Source: Flavobacterium sp. | Lineage (GTDB): Bacteria; Bacteroidota; Bacteroidia; Flavobacteriales; Flavobacteriaceae | Length of the DNA stretch: 64,000 nucleotides | Assembly: GCA_044349645.1 (NCBI GenBank) | Contig: JBIKQP010000001.1 | Reading direction: 5' to 3' (one strand) | Part shown: one piece after another, positions 38,079-47,864 of the stretch | Numbering within the stretch: position 1 is the first letter of the stretch | Layout: the number at the start of each line of letters is the position of its first letter | Notes under the pieces: generated by a model | The model's database searches: none | What the model saw: the letters and a program-made list of their open reading frames with translations, nothing else | What the model was told of the DNA's origin: nothing | Position numbers and translations under genes: made by a program

Positions 38079-38999
38079 ATGTTAAGAAAAGTAGTATTAT
38101 CATTTGTATTTAGTGCGTTAGCATTTGCAAATGTTCAAGCGCAAGAGTTCCAAGGAATCGCCGTCTATGAGTCAAAAACAAGCACTTCTGATTTCAAAAC
38201 CCGTTTTGAAGGAAACAAAGACATGACTCCGGATATGCAAAAAATGATTGAAGAAAGAATGAAAAAAATGTTTGAGAAAACATTTATCCTTAATTTTTCA
38301 AAAACAACCTCCATTTATAAAGAAGAAGAAAAATTAGATGCTCCAGGTCAAGGTGGTCAAGGTGGAGGAATGAGAATGATGAGCTCAATGATGGGTGGTG
38401 GTGGAACCAATTTTAAGAATGTAAAAGACAAAACCTATTCTGTAGATAAAGAGTTTATGGGAAAAGAATTTTTAGTGAAAGATTCATTACCAAATTATGC
38501 TTGGAAATTGGAAGGCGAAACTAAATTAATTGGAGGTTATACTTGTTTTAAAGCGACTTGCGTTCGACCTGTAAGCCAAACCGATTTTAGAAATTTCAGA
38601 CCAAAAAAGGAAGAAAAGAAAAAAGAAGAAGCTACGGATGAGGCCAAGAAACCAGAGGGCGAAGCAAAGAAAACCAACTTCATGGAAGACTTTGAATTAC
38701 CAAAAGAAGTAACCATTACTGCATGGTATACACCGGAAATTCCAATCAGCCAAGGACCAGAAAATTACTGGGGATTACCAGGATTAATTCTAGAAGTTAG
38801 CGATGGGAAAACCGTTGTTTTATGTTCTAAAATTGTAATGAACTCTAAAGAAAAAGTAGAAATTAAAGCACCAACCAATGGAAAAGTAATTTCTCAAAAA
38901 GAGTATGACGAAACCGTAACCAAGAAAATGGAAGAGTTTAGACAAATGAACCAAGGAAGAGGTGGAAATGGAACGATGCAAATCCGAATGGGACGTTAA
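38079..38999 (+). CDS. GLPGLI family protein
   Basis: AWYTPEIP...GP..YWGLPGLIL and a signal peptide. Confidence 0.95.
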   Translation: MLRKVVLSFVFSALAFANVQAQEFQGIAVYESKTSTSDFKTRFEGNKDMTPDMQKMIEERMKKMFEKTFILNFSKTTSIYKEEEKLDAPGQGGQGGGMRMMSSMMGGGGTNFKNVKDKTYSVDKEFMGKEFLVKDSLPNYAWKLEGETKLIGGYTCFKATCVRPVSQTDFRNFRPKKEEKKKEEATDEAKKPEGEAKKTNFMEDFELPKEVTITAWYTPEIPISQGPENYWGLPGLILEVSDGKTVVLCSKIVMNSKEKVEIKAPTNGKVISQKEYDETVTKKMEEFRQMNQGRGGNGTMQIRMGR

Positions 39000-39028
39000 T
39001 TCATATAAAGTAAATACAAAAAATCATA

Positions 39029-41752
39029 ATGAAAAAAACCCTCCTACTATTATTATTTATTTCTTCAGTTTCATTTTCACAAATCGTAAAATTTGAGGGT
39101 GTTGTTCAAGACGTTGGAAAAACGCCACTTGAAATGGCTAACGTTATGGCTGTAAATACAGCTACCAAAGCAATGGATTCCTATGCAATTACCAATGATA
39201 AAGGAAAATATTTATTGAATTTAAAACCGAATTCAAGTTATTCGATTAAAGTTAGTTATTTAGGAATGCAAACGAAAGAGCTATTTATTTCTACGTCTAC
39301 TTTAAACATGAATCAAAATATTACTTTGGAATCGGGAGGAATTGAGCTTGAAGGAGTGGAAATTGTTCGTGAAATGCCAGTTTCTATAAAAGGAGATACC
39401 ATAGTTTACAATGCCGATTCCTTTAAATCCGGAACCGAAAGAAAATTAGAAGATGTATTAAAAAAATTACCAGGAGTAGAAGTCAACGCTGATGGTGAAA
39501 TAGAAGTTGAGGGAAAAAAGGTTACTAAATTAATGGTGGAAGGAAAAGACTTTTTTGATGGTGATACTAAATTAGGAGTTAAAAATATTCCCGCAGATGC
39601 AATTGATAAAATCCAAGTTTTAAGAAATTTCAATGATGTTTCTGCCTTGAAAGGACTAGAAAATGGCGATGAGAACATCGGAATGAACATCAAACTAAAA
39701 TCAGGAAAAAAGAATTTTTGGTTTGGAGATATAAATGCTGGTGGAGGAAAGGAAAATCAAAATACACGATATATTGCTAATCCGAAGCTATTTTATTATA
39801 GTCCAAAATACAGCGTTAATTTTATTGCCAATTATAATAATATTGGAGAACTTCCATTTACAGTTCAGGATTATTTCAAATTTACGGGAGGATTCAGAAG
39901 TATGATGAGAAAAGGAGGAACAAATTTCAATTTATCTTCCAATGATTTAGGAATTTCATTGCTTAGAAATAATAGAGCAAAGGAAATCGAAACAAAATTT
40001 GGTGCAACCAATTTTTCGTATAATGTAACTAAAGCCTGGAGTTTAAGCGGATTTGCAATTGTTTCTTCAACACTTACAGACTTAGAAACGGTTTCTCAAA
40101 ATAACAGAGCCGACCAAATCAGCACTTTAGGAACGGTAAATACCACCCAAAAAACTAAAGAAGCTGCAAGTCAAATAAGTAGTTTAGGGCTTTTTAAATT
40201 AAGTTCTAGCTATAAACCAAATGCCAACCTTCAGTTTGATTATGATGTGTTACTTAAAAATTCTAAACAAGACGAAAACAATAGTTTGTTTACACAATCA
40301 TTCGCAACTGCAACAAACGGAACACCACCTGCAATTCCTGACCAAAACATTTCCTCATTCAAGCAGCAAGATCCGGTTACACTAACTCAGAATCTGAGCT
40401 TGTATTATACAAAAAGTGATAAAAGTGTTTTCGATATTGAAATCCAACATTTATATCAAGATGAAGACCCTTTTTATAATGCCAATTTAGGTCAGAATCC
40501 ATTTCCGATTTTGGGATTACAAACACAAAACAGATATAATATCAATCAAACCCGATTTATTAAAACAAATAAATTGGACGCTAAAATTGATTACTACTAT
40601 ATGTTAACGCCAAAAAGCAATATTAATTTTACTTTTGGAAACACTTATTCAATTCAAAATTTTAATTCTCATATTTTCCAAATTTTGGATAACGGAACTA
40701 CTAACGACTTGAATTCAGCAGATAAAAATAACAATGTAATGTATTTTTTTAATGACTCCTTTTTAGGGCTTCATTACAAATTTATTACAGGTAAATTTAC
40801 TTTTAACCCAGGTTTTTCAGCACATTACTACAAAACGTACAATGAGCAATTAGGTACAAAAGTGAACGATAATTTCTATCGATTATTACCTGACGTATAT
40901 GCTTTATATCAAATTAAAAAAGCTGAAACTTTAACTTACAATTACTCAATTAATAACGATTTTACAGATATTAATAGGTTTACTGCAGGTTATACATTCA
41001 CAAACTATAACTCTTTATTTCAAGGAAATAGAAACTTAGAAAATGCTATGTCCGAAAGTCACTCTTTACGTTATTTTAAATATAACATGTTCAACTTTGA
41101 AAACATATCAGCTAATGTTAGTTATATTAAACGTATAAATGCAATTAAGTCAAGTGCATTTTTTACAGGGATTAACCAAGTCTCTACCGCAATAAATTCA
41201 AATTTTGCCGATGAAACACTTTCTGGAAATGCATTCTACGGCAGATCATTTGCAAAAAATTATAAAGCTTCATTTAATTTGGCGGCAAACCGATCTATTT
41301 TCAACAATATTCAAAACGGCCTTTTTGTAACAACAGAATCTCTAACACAAAATTATACTGTAAAAGTAGCTACCAATTATAAAAATTTACCGAACTTAGA
41401 ATTAGGATATTCTCTAACAATCAATGACTATATCGGGACTAAGTTTTTCACTGATAGACCATCGGCTAGATTGGATTATTTCTTCTTAGATAGTTTCTCT
41501 TTTGTTTCAGAATACGAGTACTATCATTACACCAATAACAATAAAACGGTTAATAATGAATACGACTTTTTAAGCGCAAGTTTGATTTATCAAAAAACAA
41601 AAGAAAGTAAGTTGGAGTATAAAATTGCCGTTACCAACCTTTTAAATACAAATATTCTAAACGACGATAGTTTCACTCAGTTCTCAACCAGAACTTCACA
41701 GTATACCGTTCAACCGAGGTATATTATTTTTAGTTTGAAATATAATTTATAA
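39029..41752 (+). CDS. Outer-membrane beta-barrel protein with N-terminal carboxypeptidase-regulatory-like domain (TonB-dependent-receptor-like)
   Basis: TNDKGKY...SYLGM, LKKLPGVEV plug-like segment, C-terminal LKYNL. Confidence 0.85.
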   Translation: MKKTLLLLLFISSVSFSQIVKFEGVVQDVGKTPLEMANVMAVNTATKAMDSYAITNDKGKYLLNLKPNSSYSIKVSYLGMQTKELFISTSTLNMNQNITLESGGIELEGVEIVREMPVSIKGDTIVYNADSFKSGTERKLEDVLKKLPGVEVNADGEIEVEGKKVTKLMVEGKDFFDGDTKLGVKNIPADAIDKIQVLRNFNDVSALKGLENGDENIGMNIKLKSGKKNFWFGDINAGGGKENQNTRYIANPKLFYYSPKYSVNFIANYNNIGELPFTVQDYFKFTGGFRSMMRKGGTNFNLSSNDLGISLLRNNRAKEIETKFGATNFSYNVTKAWSLSGFAIVSSTLTDLETVSQNNRADQISTLGTVNTTQKTKEAASQISSLGLFKLSSSYKPNANLQFDYDVLLKNSKQDENNSLFTQSFATATNGTPPAIPDQNISSFKQQDPVTLTQNLSLYYTKSDKSVFDIEIQHLYQDEDPFYNANLGQNPFPILGLQTQNRYNINQTRFIKTNKLDAKIDYYYMLTPKSNINFTFGNTYSIQNFNSHIFQILDNGTTNDLNSADKNNNVMYFFNDSFLGLHYKFITGKFTFNPGFSAHYYKTYNEQLGTKVNDNFYRLLPDVYALYQIKKAETLTYNYSINNDFTDINRFTAGYTFTNYNSLFQGNRNLENAMSESHSLRYFKYNMFNFENISANVSYIKRINAIKSSAFFTGINQVSTAINSNFADETLSGNAFYGRSFAKNYKASFNLAANRSIFNNIQNGLFVTTESLTQNYTVKVATNYKNLPNLELGYSLTINDYIGTKFFTDRPSARLDYFFLDSFSFVSEYEYYHYTNNNKTVNNEYDFLSASLIYQKTKESKLEYKIAVTNLLNTNILNDDSFTQFSTRTSQYTVQPRYIIFSLKYNL

Positions 41753-41835
41753 CAAATATAACCTCGATATAAATTATACAAAATTGCTTCTTTGTAACAA
41801 TTTGATTACTTTTGAGGCAACATAAAAAAGGTATT

Positions 41836-42924
41836 ATGAGCATTGCTAAACACAATTGGACGAAAGAAGAAATTATCGCGATATACAACAAACCTATGAT
41901 GGATTTGCTTTTTGAAGCAGCTTCTATTCATAGAAAATCTCACGACCCAAACGTTGTACAAGTCTCTACTTTGTTATCTATTAAAACAGGTGGATGCCCA
42001 GAAGATTGCGGATATTGTCCTCAAGCAGCTAGGTATCATACGGAAATTGAAGGAAACGATTTAATGTCGGTGAGCCAAGTAAAAGCCCAAGCTTTAAGAG
42101 CAAAATCTAGTGGTTCATCACGCGTTTGTATGGGTGCAGCATGGAGAAATGTGAAAGACGGACCTGAATTTGACCAAGTTTTAGAAATGGTTCGAACCAT
42201 CAATAAATTGGATATGGAAGTTTGTTGCACGTTGGGAATGATTACTGAAAACCAAGCCCATCGTTTAGCAGAAGCTGGTTTATATGCTTACAATCACAAC
42301 CTAGATACCTCTGAAGAATACTATAAAGAAGTGATTTCTACACGCGGTTTTGAAGATCGTATTCAAACTATAGAAAATGTTCGTAAAACCAACGTAACCG
42401 TTTGTAGTGGAGGAATCATTGGAATGGGCGAATCTATAGAAGATCGTGCAGGAATGTTAGTTGCACTTTCTACTTTAAATCCGCAACCAGAATCGGTGCC
42501 AATAAATGCATTAGTTGCAGTAGAAGGAACGCCATTAGAAGAAGAAAAACCAGTTGAAATTTGGGAAATGATCCGAATGGTTGCAACCACAAGAATCGTT
42601 ATGCCTGAAACTCAAGTGCGTCTTTCTGCAGGGAGAATGAACATGAGCCGTGAAGGACAAGCGATGTGTTTCTTTGCTGGTGCCAATTCTATTTTTGCTG
42701 GCGATAAATTATTGACCACTCCTAACCCAGATGTGAACGAAGACATGAAAATGTTTGAAACATTAGGTTTAATTCCTCAAAAGCCATTTGTAAAAGTGTC
42801 TCAACCTACTACTGTTGAAGCCGAAGATTCTCAATATAAATCGTTAGGAGAAAAGCCAAAATGGTCAAGACCAGGACATAAAATCGAAAAGAATTTAGAG
42901 GCCTCAGGAAAAACAAATGCCTAG
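41836..42924 (+). CDS. bioB: Biotin synthase
   Basis: CPEDCGYC radical SAM motif, YNHNLDT, VRLSAGR, GANSIF. Start moved to ATG 41836. Confidence 0.97.
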   Translation: MSIAKHNWTKEEIIAIYNKPMMDLLFEAASIHRKSHDPNVVQVSTLLSIKTGGCPEDCGYCPQAARYHTEIEGNDLMSVSQVKAQALRAKSSGSSRVCMGAAWRNVKDGPEFDQVLEMVRTINKLDMEVCCTLGMITENQAHRLAEAGLYAYNHNLDTSEEYYKEVISTRGFEDRIQTIENVRKTNVTVCSGGIIGMGESIEDRAGMLVALSTLNPQPESVPINALVAVEGTPLEEEKPVEIWEMIRMVATTRIVMPETQVRLSAGRMNMSREGQAMCFFAGANSIFAGDKLLTTPNPDVNEDMKMFETLGLIPQKPFVKVSQPTTVEAEDSQYKSLGEKPKWSRPGHKIEKNLEASGKTNA

Positions 42925-42961
42925 TTTTTTGTTTCTATTCTCAATAGACAATCAATAAATT

Positions 42962-43450
42962 TTGGAAAATAATTCTCATAAAACCTATTCCATTCAGGAA
43001 GCCCAATCCAAGTTAGAGAATTATTGTGCCTATCAGGAGCGTTGTCATAAAGAAGTAGTTGAAAAACTTCGAGAAATGAAAATGATTCCACAGGTTATCG
43101 ATTTGATAATTGTGCACCTAATTGATCAAAATTTTCTAAACGAAGAACGATTTGCCTGCAGTTTTGCAAGAGGAAAACACCGAATTAAATATTGGGGAAA
43201 TATTAGAATTGTAAACGAATTGAAGTTCCGAAATATCTCTTCCTACAATATTAAAACCGCACTTAAAGAAATATCTGAAGAGGAATATTATACCAATTTT
43301 CATTTTATTGCAGATCGCCATTGGCAAACAATGAAAGAGAATGATAGTTTAAAAAAGCGAAAAAAATTCTGTGATTTCTTACTCCGAAAAGGATTTGAAA
43401 GCAACATGGTTTATGAAAAAGTGAAAGACTTGGAACGCGATTCCAAATAG
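42962..43450 (+). CDS. recX: Regulatory protein RecX
   Basis: YCAYQERC, FLNEERFA, FLLRKGFE. Confidence 0.9.
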   Translation: MENNSHKTYSIQEAQSKLENYCAYQERCHKEVVEKLREMKMIPQVIDLIIVHLIDQNFLNEERFACSFARGKHRIKYWGNIRIVNELKFRNISSYNIKTALKEISEEEYYTNFHFIADRHWQTMKENDSLKKRKKFCDFLLRKGFESNMVYEKVKDLERDSK

Positions 43451-43481
43451 ATTTTTGTCTATCCTCTTTTATCTCAAAAAC

Positions 43482-44654
43482 TTACAAACTCAACAATACA
43501 CTTACCGCATTTCCACCAAAACCAACGGCATTCACCAAGATTTTTTTAAATGGTTTTTTTTGGGTTTTTGATCCCGCTTCCGCAAATGGAACTCCGATAA
43601 AAGTTTGATTTTGTAACATCAAAATTGCCATTTCAATACTTAACATTCCTGAGGCCCCAAAAGTATGACCGATTTTCCATTTATTGGTAGTTAACAAAGG
43701 AAGTTCTTCTCCAAATATTTTTTGAATCGCTTTGTATTCCGATAAATCGCCTTTAATAGTTCCCGGAGCGTGCATTACAACTACATCAACATCTGATAAT
43801 TTAGTATTTTCCAAAGCCATTTTCATCGATTTTTGAAAGCAAGTAGCCTCCGCAGAAACAGAAACATTGTGTTCTAAAATTTCTGTTGCATAACCAATTC
43901 CTTCAATAACAGCGATAGTTTTTTCAGTTCTTCCAATTTCAAGACAACAAACAGCAGCACCTTCGCCTAAAACAAGGGAGCTTTGTTTTTTATTTAGGTC
44001 CAAGGCGCGGCAAGGGAATTCATCATTATTTTTAGAATAAATTTTTAATGCTCGCATTTGAGCAATCGTAAAATTGGTTAAAGGAGCTTCGCTACCACCA
44101 ACCAAAAATTTATCAGCCATACCAGATTTTAACCAAGCTACTCCATTTAATAATGCGTGTAAAGCGGTTGAGCAGGTTATAGAATGTGAAATTTCTGGAC
44201 CTTCACTTTGTAAATCATGAGAAACCCACGATGAGATATTTCCAAGAGTAGTTGTTGGTGATGCCAGAGGTTCTACTTTCCCAGATTGGATGAAATCCAA
44301 ATGATGCTTTTCGAATAATTCCGTTGCGCCACGTGAAGATCCTATATTGATTCCAAAAGTAGCATTGTCCTGCCATCCTGCTTTCTCAATCGCTTTTCGG
44401 GAGGCAGCTATTGCAAATAAAACAGAATTATCGAGTGATTTGTATTTATTATCTGACTTTTTTAATTCACTTATTTGTTTTTTTGAATCAGAATTTAAAG
44501 GGGCAATAGCTGTATTTTGATTCCCAATAGTAGTTTCAATAAAGCAATGATTATCACTCATATAGTTTTGCCAAATAGAATTAGGATCATTTCCTAACCC
44601 AGAAATGGAAGCGATGGCTGTAATTGAAATCGTTTTTGGCAAAGTTGTTCTCAT
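43482..44654 (-). CDS. FabB/FabF-type beta-ketoacyl synthase in the biotin cluster
   Basis: C161 (ITCST), H295 (MHAPGT), H330 (IGHTFGASG), LGEGAA, GFGGN. Confidence 0.9.
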   Translation of the reverse strand: MRTTLPKTISITAIASISGLGNDPNSIWQNYMSDNHCFIETTIGNQNTAIAPLNSDSKKQISELKKSDNKYKSLDNSVLFAIAASRKAIEKAGWQDNATFGINIGSSRGATELFEKHHLDFIQSGKVEPLASPTTTLGNISSWVSHDLQSEGPEISHSITCSTALHALLNGVAWLKSGMADKFLVGGSEAPLTNFTIAQMRALKIYSKNNDEFPCRALDLNKKQSSLVLGEGAAVCCLEIGRTEKTIAVIEGIGYATEILEHNVSVSAEATCFQKSMKMALENTKLSDVDVVVMHAPGTIKGDLSEYKAIQKIFGEELPLLTTNKWKIGHTFGASGMLSIEMAILMLQNQTFIGVPFAEAGSKTQKKPFKKILVNAVGFGGNAVSVLLSL

Positions 44655-44663
44655 TAAAATTAA

Positions 44664-44702
44664 ACCGTAAAGGTCGCAAAGTTTTTCGCAATGTTCACAA
44701 AG
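44664..44702. repeat. cgcaaag-type periodic intergenic repeat, copy A
   Basis: accgtaaaggtcgcaaagtttttcgcaatgttcacaaag. Confidence 0.65.
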
Positions 44703-44718
44703 AAAGTGAACATTTATC

Positions 44719-45990
44719 TTAAACTATATCCAATGCATTTTCAACTACAGTATATATTTTTTGGAGTTGTTCGTCCTCAATAACGTAAGGCGGTAAAATA
44801 TAAACAATATTTCCTACTGGCCTTAAAATAACTCCGTTTTCAATGAAAAAATCATAGAGTTTGTTTCGCAAAGTTCCGTAATAACTTGCTTGGTATTCGG
44901 TTTTTATTTCTAATGCAAAAATTACTCCCAAAACTCTCGTAGTAGCAACTTTAGGATGATTTTTAATGTGTGTTTGAAATGCCAAATGACTTTGATTTAC
45001 TCTAGCGATATTGGCTTGCATTTCATCAGTATCTAAAAGGGCTAAACTAGCCAATGCTGCTGCACATCCTGTTGGATTTGCAGTAAATGTATGCCCGTGA
45101 AACAAAGCTTTATTGATGTCATCACTGTAAAAAGCTTCAAATAACACTTCTGTAAATGTGGTAATTGCCATTGGAATTGTCCCGCCTGTTAACGCTTTCG
45201 ACAAACACATCATATCCGGTTGGGCAACTAAATAATCACAAGCAAACGTTTTTCCGGTTTTCCCAAAGCCGGTCATCACTTCGTCGGCAATGGTTAAAAC
45301 TTTATTTTCTTTACAAATTCCAATTAATATATCGAGTTCTTTCGGCTCATACATCACCATTCCCGCAGCACCTAAAACCAAAGGTTCAAAAATAAATGCT
45401 GCACAATTATTGTTTTTTATGGCTTGAGCCAATGCTTGAAAACTTGCTTCTTCCTGCCCTTTTACGGGAACAGGAATACGAACGACGTCTATAAACATTC
45501 CTTCGAAGGCCTGAGTGTAAAATGATATTCCACTTGCCGCCATTGCTGCAAATGTATCTCCGTGAAAAGCATTTTCAAAAGCGATCATGGTAGTTTTCTT
45601 TTCTCCTTTATTGAAAAAATACTGCAATGCCACTTTTATCGCCACTTCAACTGATGTTGATCCATTATCGGAAAAGAAAATTTTATTTTGATTTTTAGGT
45701 AAGATTTTAATTAGTTTTTCAGATAAAATTACTGCTGGTTCATGGGTGAATCCACCAAACAATACGTGTTCTAAAGTAGTTAATTGCTTATAAATAGCAT
45801 CAGCGATAATGGTGTTGGAATGCCCAAATGGATTGACCCACCAAGATGCAATGGCATCAATATATTCTTTATTGGAATCATCCCAAAGCAATGCTCCTTG
45901 GCCTTTCACAATTGCAATAGGTGGTTTTGAAGTTTTATGCTGCGTGTAAGGATGCCAAATATGAAGCCCGTCTCTTTCGGTTAATTCCAT
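44719..45990 (-). CDS. bioA: Adenosylmethionine-8-amino-7-oxononanoate aminotransferase
   Basis: WHPYTQ, SWWVN..GH, FHGDT, DEVMTGFGKTG, SKALTGG, HGHTFTANP. Confidence 0.97.
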   Translation of the reverse strand: MELTERDGLHIWHPYTQHKTSKPPIAIVKGQGALLWDDSNKEYIDAIASWWVNPFGHSNTIIADAIYKQLTTLEHVLFGGFTHEPAVILSEKLIKILPKNQNKIFFSDNGSTSVEVAIKVALQYFFNKGEKKTTMIAFENAFHGDTFAAMAASGISFYTQAFEGMFIDVVRIPVPVKGQEEASFQALAQAIKNNNCAAFIFEPLVLGAAGMVMYEPKELDILIGICKENKVLTIADEVMTGFGKTGKTFACDYLVAQPDMMCLSKALTGGTIPMAITTFTEVLFEAFYSDDINKALFHGHTFTANPTGCAAALASLALLDTDEMQANIARVNQSHLAFQTHIKNHPKVATTRVLGVIFALEIKTEYQASYYGTLRNKLYDFFIENGVILRPVGNIVYILPPYVIEDEQLQKIYTVVENALDIV

Positions 45991-46019
45991 TTAATAATTA
46001 TTGTTTTCTATTTTTATTG

Positions 46020-46640
46020 CTATTTAAATTCTAATAATTTTTCGCGAAATAAATCAGCGTATTCAGCAATCACATTTTTATCAAAATAAGGTTCATCGTT
46101 AATTCTACCAATGAATTTTAGTTTCGAATAATTCAAAATTAACGATTCGGTAGCCTTATTTTCATTGCCATTAAAAATAATTCCTGCAATAGTGAGGCCT
46201 CTGTTTTTTATGGCTTCAATTGTTAAAAGTGTATGATTGATACTTCCTAAATAGTGCCTTGAAACAATTATAATTTTGTAGTCCGGCTGAACCAAGTCGA
46301 TAACAAAATCGGAATTATTTAAAGGAACCAAAACACCACCAGCGCCTTCCACTACCAAATGATTTTTAGTTTTTGGTTCGATGATATTTTTTAAATCGAT
46401 TGTAATTCCGTCTAATTCTGCTGCTAAATTCGGACTTGCGGGTGTATTTAATTTATAGCTATTTTCGTGAATAACCGATTTTTCATTAGAAATGTAATTC
46501 TGAATTTTATGGCTATCAGAATTATCCAAATCTCCAGCTTGAACGGGTTTCCAATAATCGGACTCAAGCGCTTCGGTAATAATTGCTGAAGCGATTGTTT
46601 TCCCTACATCGGTTGATATTCCAGTAATAAATAATTTCAT
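46020..46640 (-). CDS. bioD: Dethiobiotin synthetase
   Basis: TGISTDVGKT, WKPVQAG, VEGAGG, LGSINHT. Start moved to ATG 46640. Confidence 0.96.
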   Translation of the reverse strand: MKLFITGISTDVGKTIASAIITEALESDYWKPVQAGDLDNSDSHKIQNYISNEKSVIHENSYKLNTPASPNLAAELDGITIDLKNIIEPKTKNHLVVEGAGGVLVPLNNSDFVIDLVQPDYKIIIVSRHYLGSINHTLLTIEAIKNRGLTIAGIIFNGNENKATESLILNYSKLKFIGRINDEPYFDKNVIAEYADLFREKLLEFK

Positions 46641-46652
46641 AATTAATAATTT

Positions 46653-46690
46653 ACCGCAAAGTTCGCAAAGAAATTGCAAAGTTCGCAAGG
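46653..46690. repeat. cgcaaag-type periodic intergenic repeat, copy B
   Basis: accgcaaagttcgcaaagaaattgcaaagttcgcaagg. Confidence 0.7.
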
Positions 46691-46709
46691 TAATTGGTGT
46701 TAATATTGA

Positions 46710-47864
46710 TTAAAATAATATTGTAGCAAGTATTTGCAACACTTCTGAGATTTCTTCTTTTGAATTGTAACTGTGCAAACAAAAACGAAGCCTTTCTTGT
46801 CCTTCAGGAACTGTTGGCGATAAAATAGCTTTTACATCAAATCCTTTTCCTTGGAGCTGGTTTGCAATGTTTTTTACTTTTTGATTACCCGGAATAATCG
46901 CACTTTGAATCGCCGATTTACTTCTCACAAAAAGAGGATTTAAACCCAATTGTTTTTTTTCTTGATTGAAATGAATTACGTTTTTTCTAAGTTTTTGAAG
47001 CGCTTCTTTTTCGGTTTGCAAATACTGATAAGCAATTAAAATGGTTGCTACCGAATGAGGCGAAAGGCCTGTTGTGTAAATAAAACTCCTAGCAAAATTG
47101 ACTAAGTAATCAATTAGTTTTTGACTTCCTAAAATGGCTGCTCCATGACAACCCAATCCTTTTCCAAAAGTCATAATTCTTGCAAAAACCGAATCTTGCA
47201 ACCCGACCATTTGAACTAATCCTTCGCCATTATCGCCAAAAACACCCAAGGCATGTGCTTCGTCAACAACCAAATAGCAGTTGTATTTTTCACAAATTTG
47301 AACAAGTTCTTCCAAGTTAGGAGTATCGCCATCCATTGAAAAAACACTTTCTGTAACCACAAAAATGGTTGAAGGTTGTTGGTTTTCGGGAGTTAGTTTA
47401 AGAATTATTCGTTCTAAATCTTCGAAATCGTTATGTTGAAATTTGTATGATTTGGCATTAGATAATTGGATTCCGTCTCGAATGGACGCGTGTGCTAATT
47501 CGTCGAATAGAATTAAATCATTGCGTTGCGGAACGGAACTAAAAAATCCCACATTGGCATCGTAACCAGAATTAAATAGTAAAGCACTTTCCGATTGGTG
47601 AAATTTTGCAATATAGTTTTCTGCTACTTGATAAACGATATGATTTCCAGATAATAACCTGGATCCTGTTGCTCCGTTTTGTAAAATATTATTTTCAATT
47701 AAAAAGGAATGCGTTCCAGTAAAAATAGCTTCAGATTTAGAAAATCCCAAGTAATCATTGGAAGCAAAATCGATTAAATTATTAGGCAATGCCAATTTCC
47801 GCAAAGAATTATTTTGCTCACGATGCTCTAATTTTAATGCTACTGATTTTGGAATTCTTTTCAT
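46710..47864 (-). CDS. bioF: 8-amino-7-oxononanoate synthase
   Basis: FASNDYLG, SGYDAN, HASI, ESVFSMDGD, DEAHA, TFGKG, plus cluster context. Confidence 0.93.
   Translation of the reverse strand: MKRIPKSVALKLEHREQNNSLRKLALPNNLIDFASNDYLGFSKSEAIFTGTHSFLIENNILQNGATGSRLLSGNHIVYQVAENYIAKFHQSESALLFNSGYDANVGFFSSVPQRNDLILFDELAHASIRDGIQLSNAKSYKFQHNDFEDLERIILKLTPENQQPSTIFVVTESVFSMDGDTPNLEELVQICEKYNCYLVVDEAHALGVFGDNGEGLVQMVGLQDSVFARIMTFGKGLGCHGAAILGSQKLIDYLVNFARSFIYTTGLSPHSVATILIAYQYLQTEKEALQKLRKNVIHFNQEKKQLGLNPLFVRSKSAIQSAIIPGNQKVKNIANQLQGKGFDVKAILSPTVPEGQERLRFCLHSYNSKEEISEVLQILATILF

Noticed and set aside
41790-41812. BirA operator upstream of bioB
   Set aside because: ttgtaac...ttac does not have the TGTAAACC-N14-16-GGTTTACA arrangement.
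46641-46688. N-terminal extension MRTLQFLCELCGKLLI of BioD, an apparent CxxC motif
   Set aside because: It is the translation of the cgcaaag repeat. The real start is ATG 46640.
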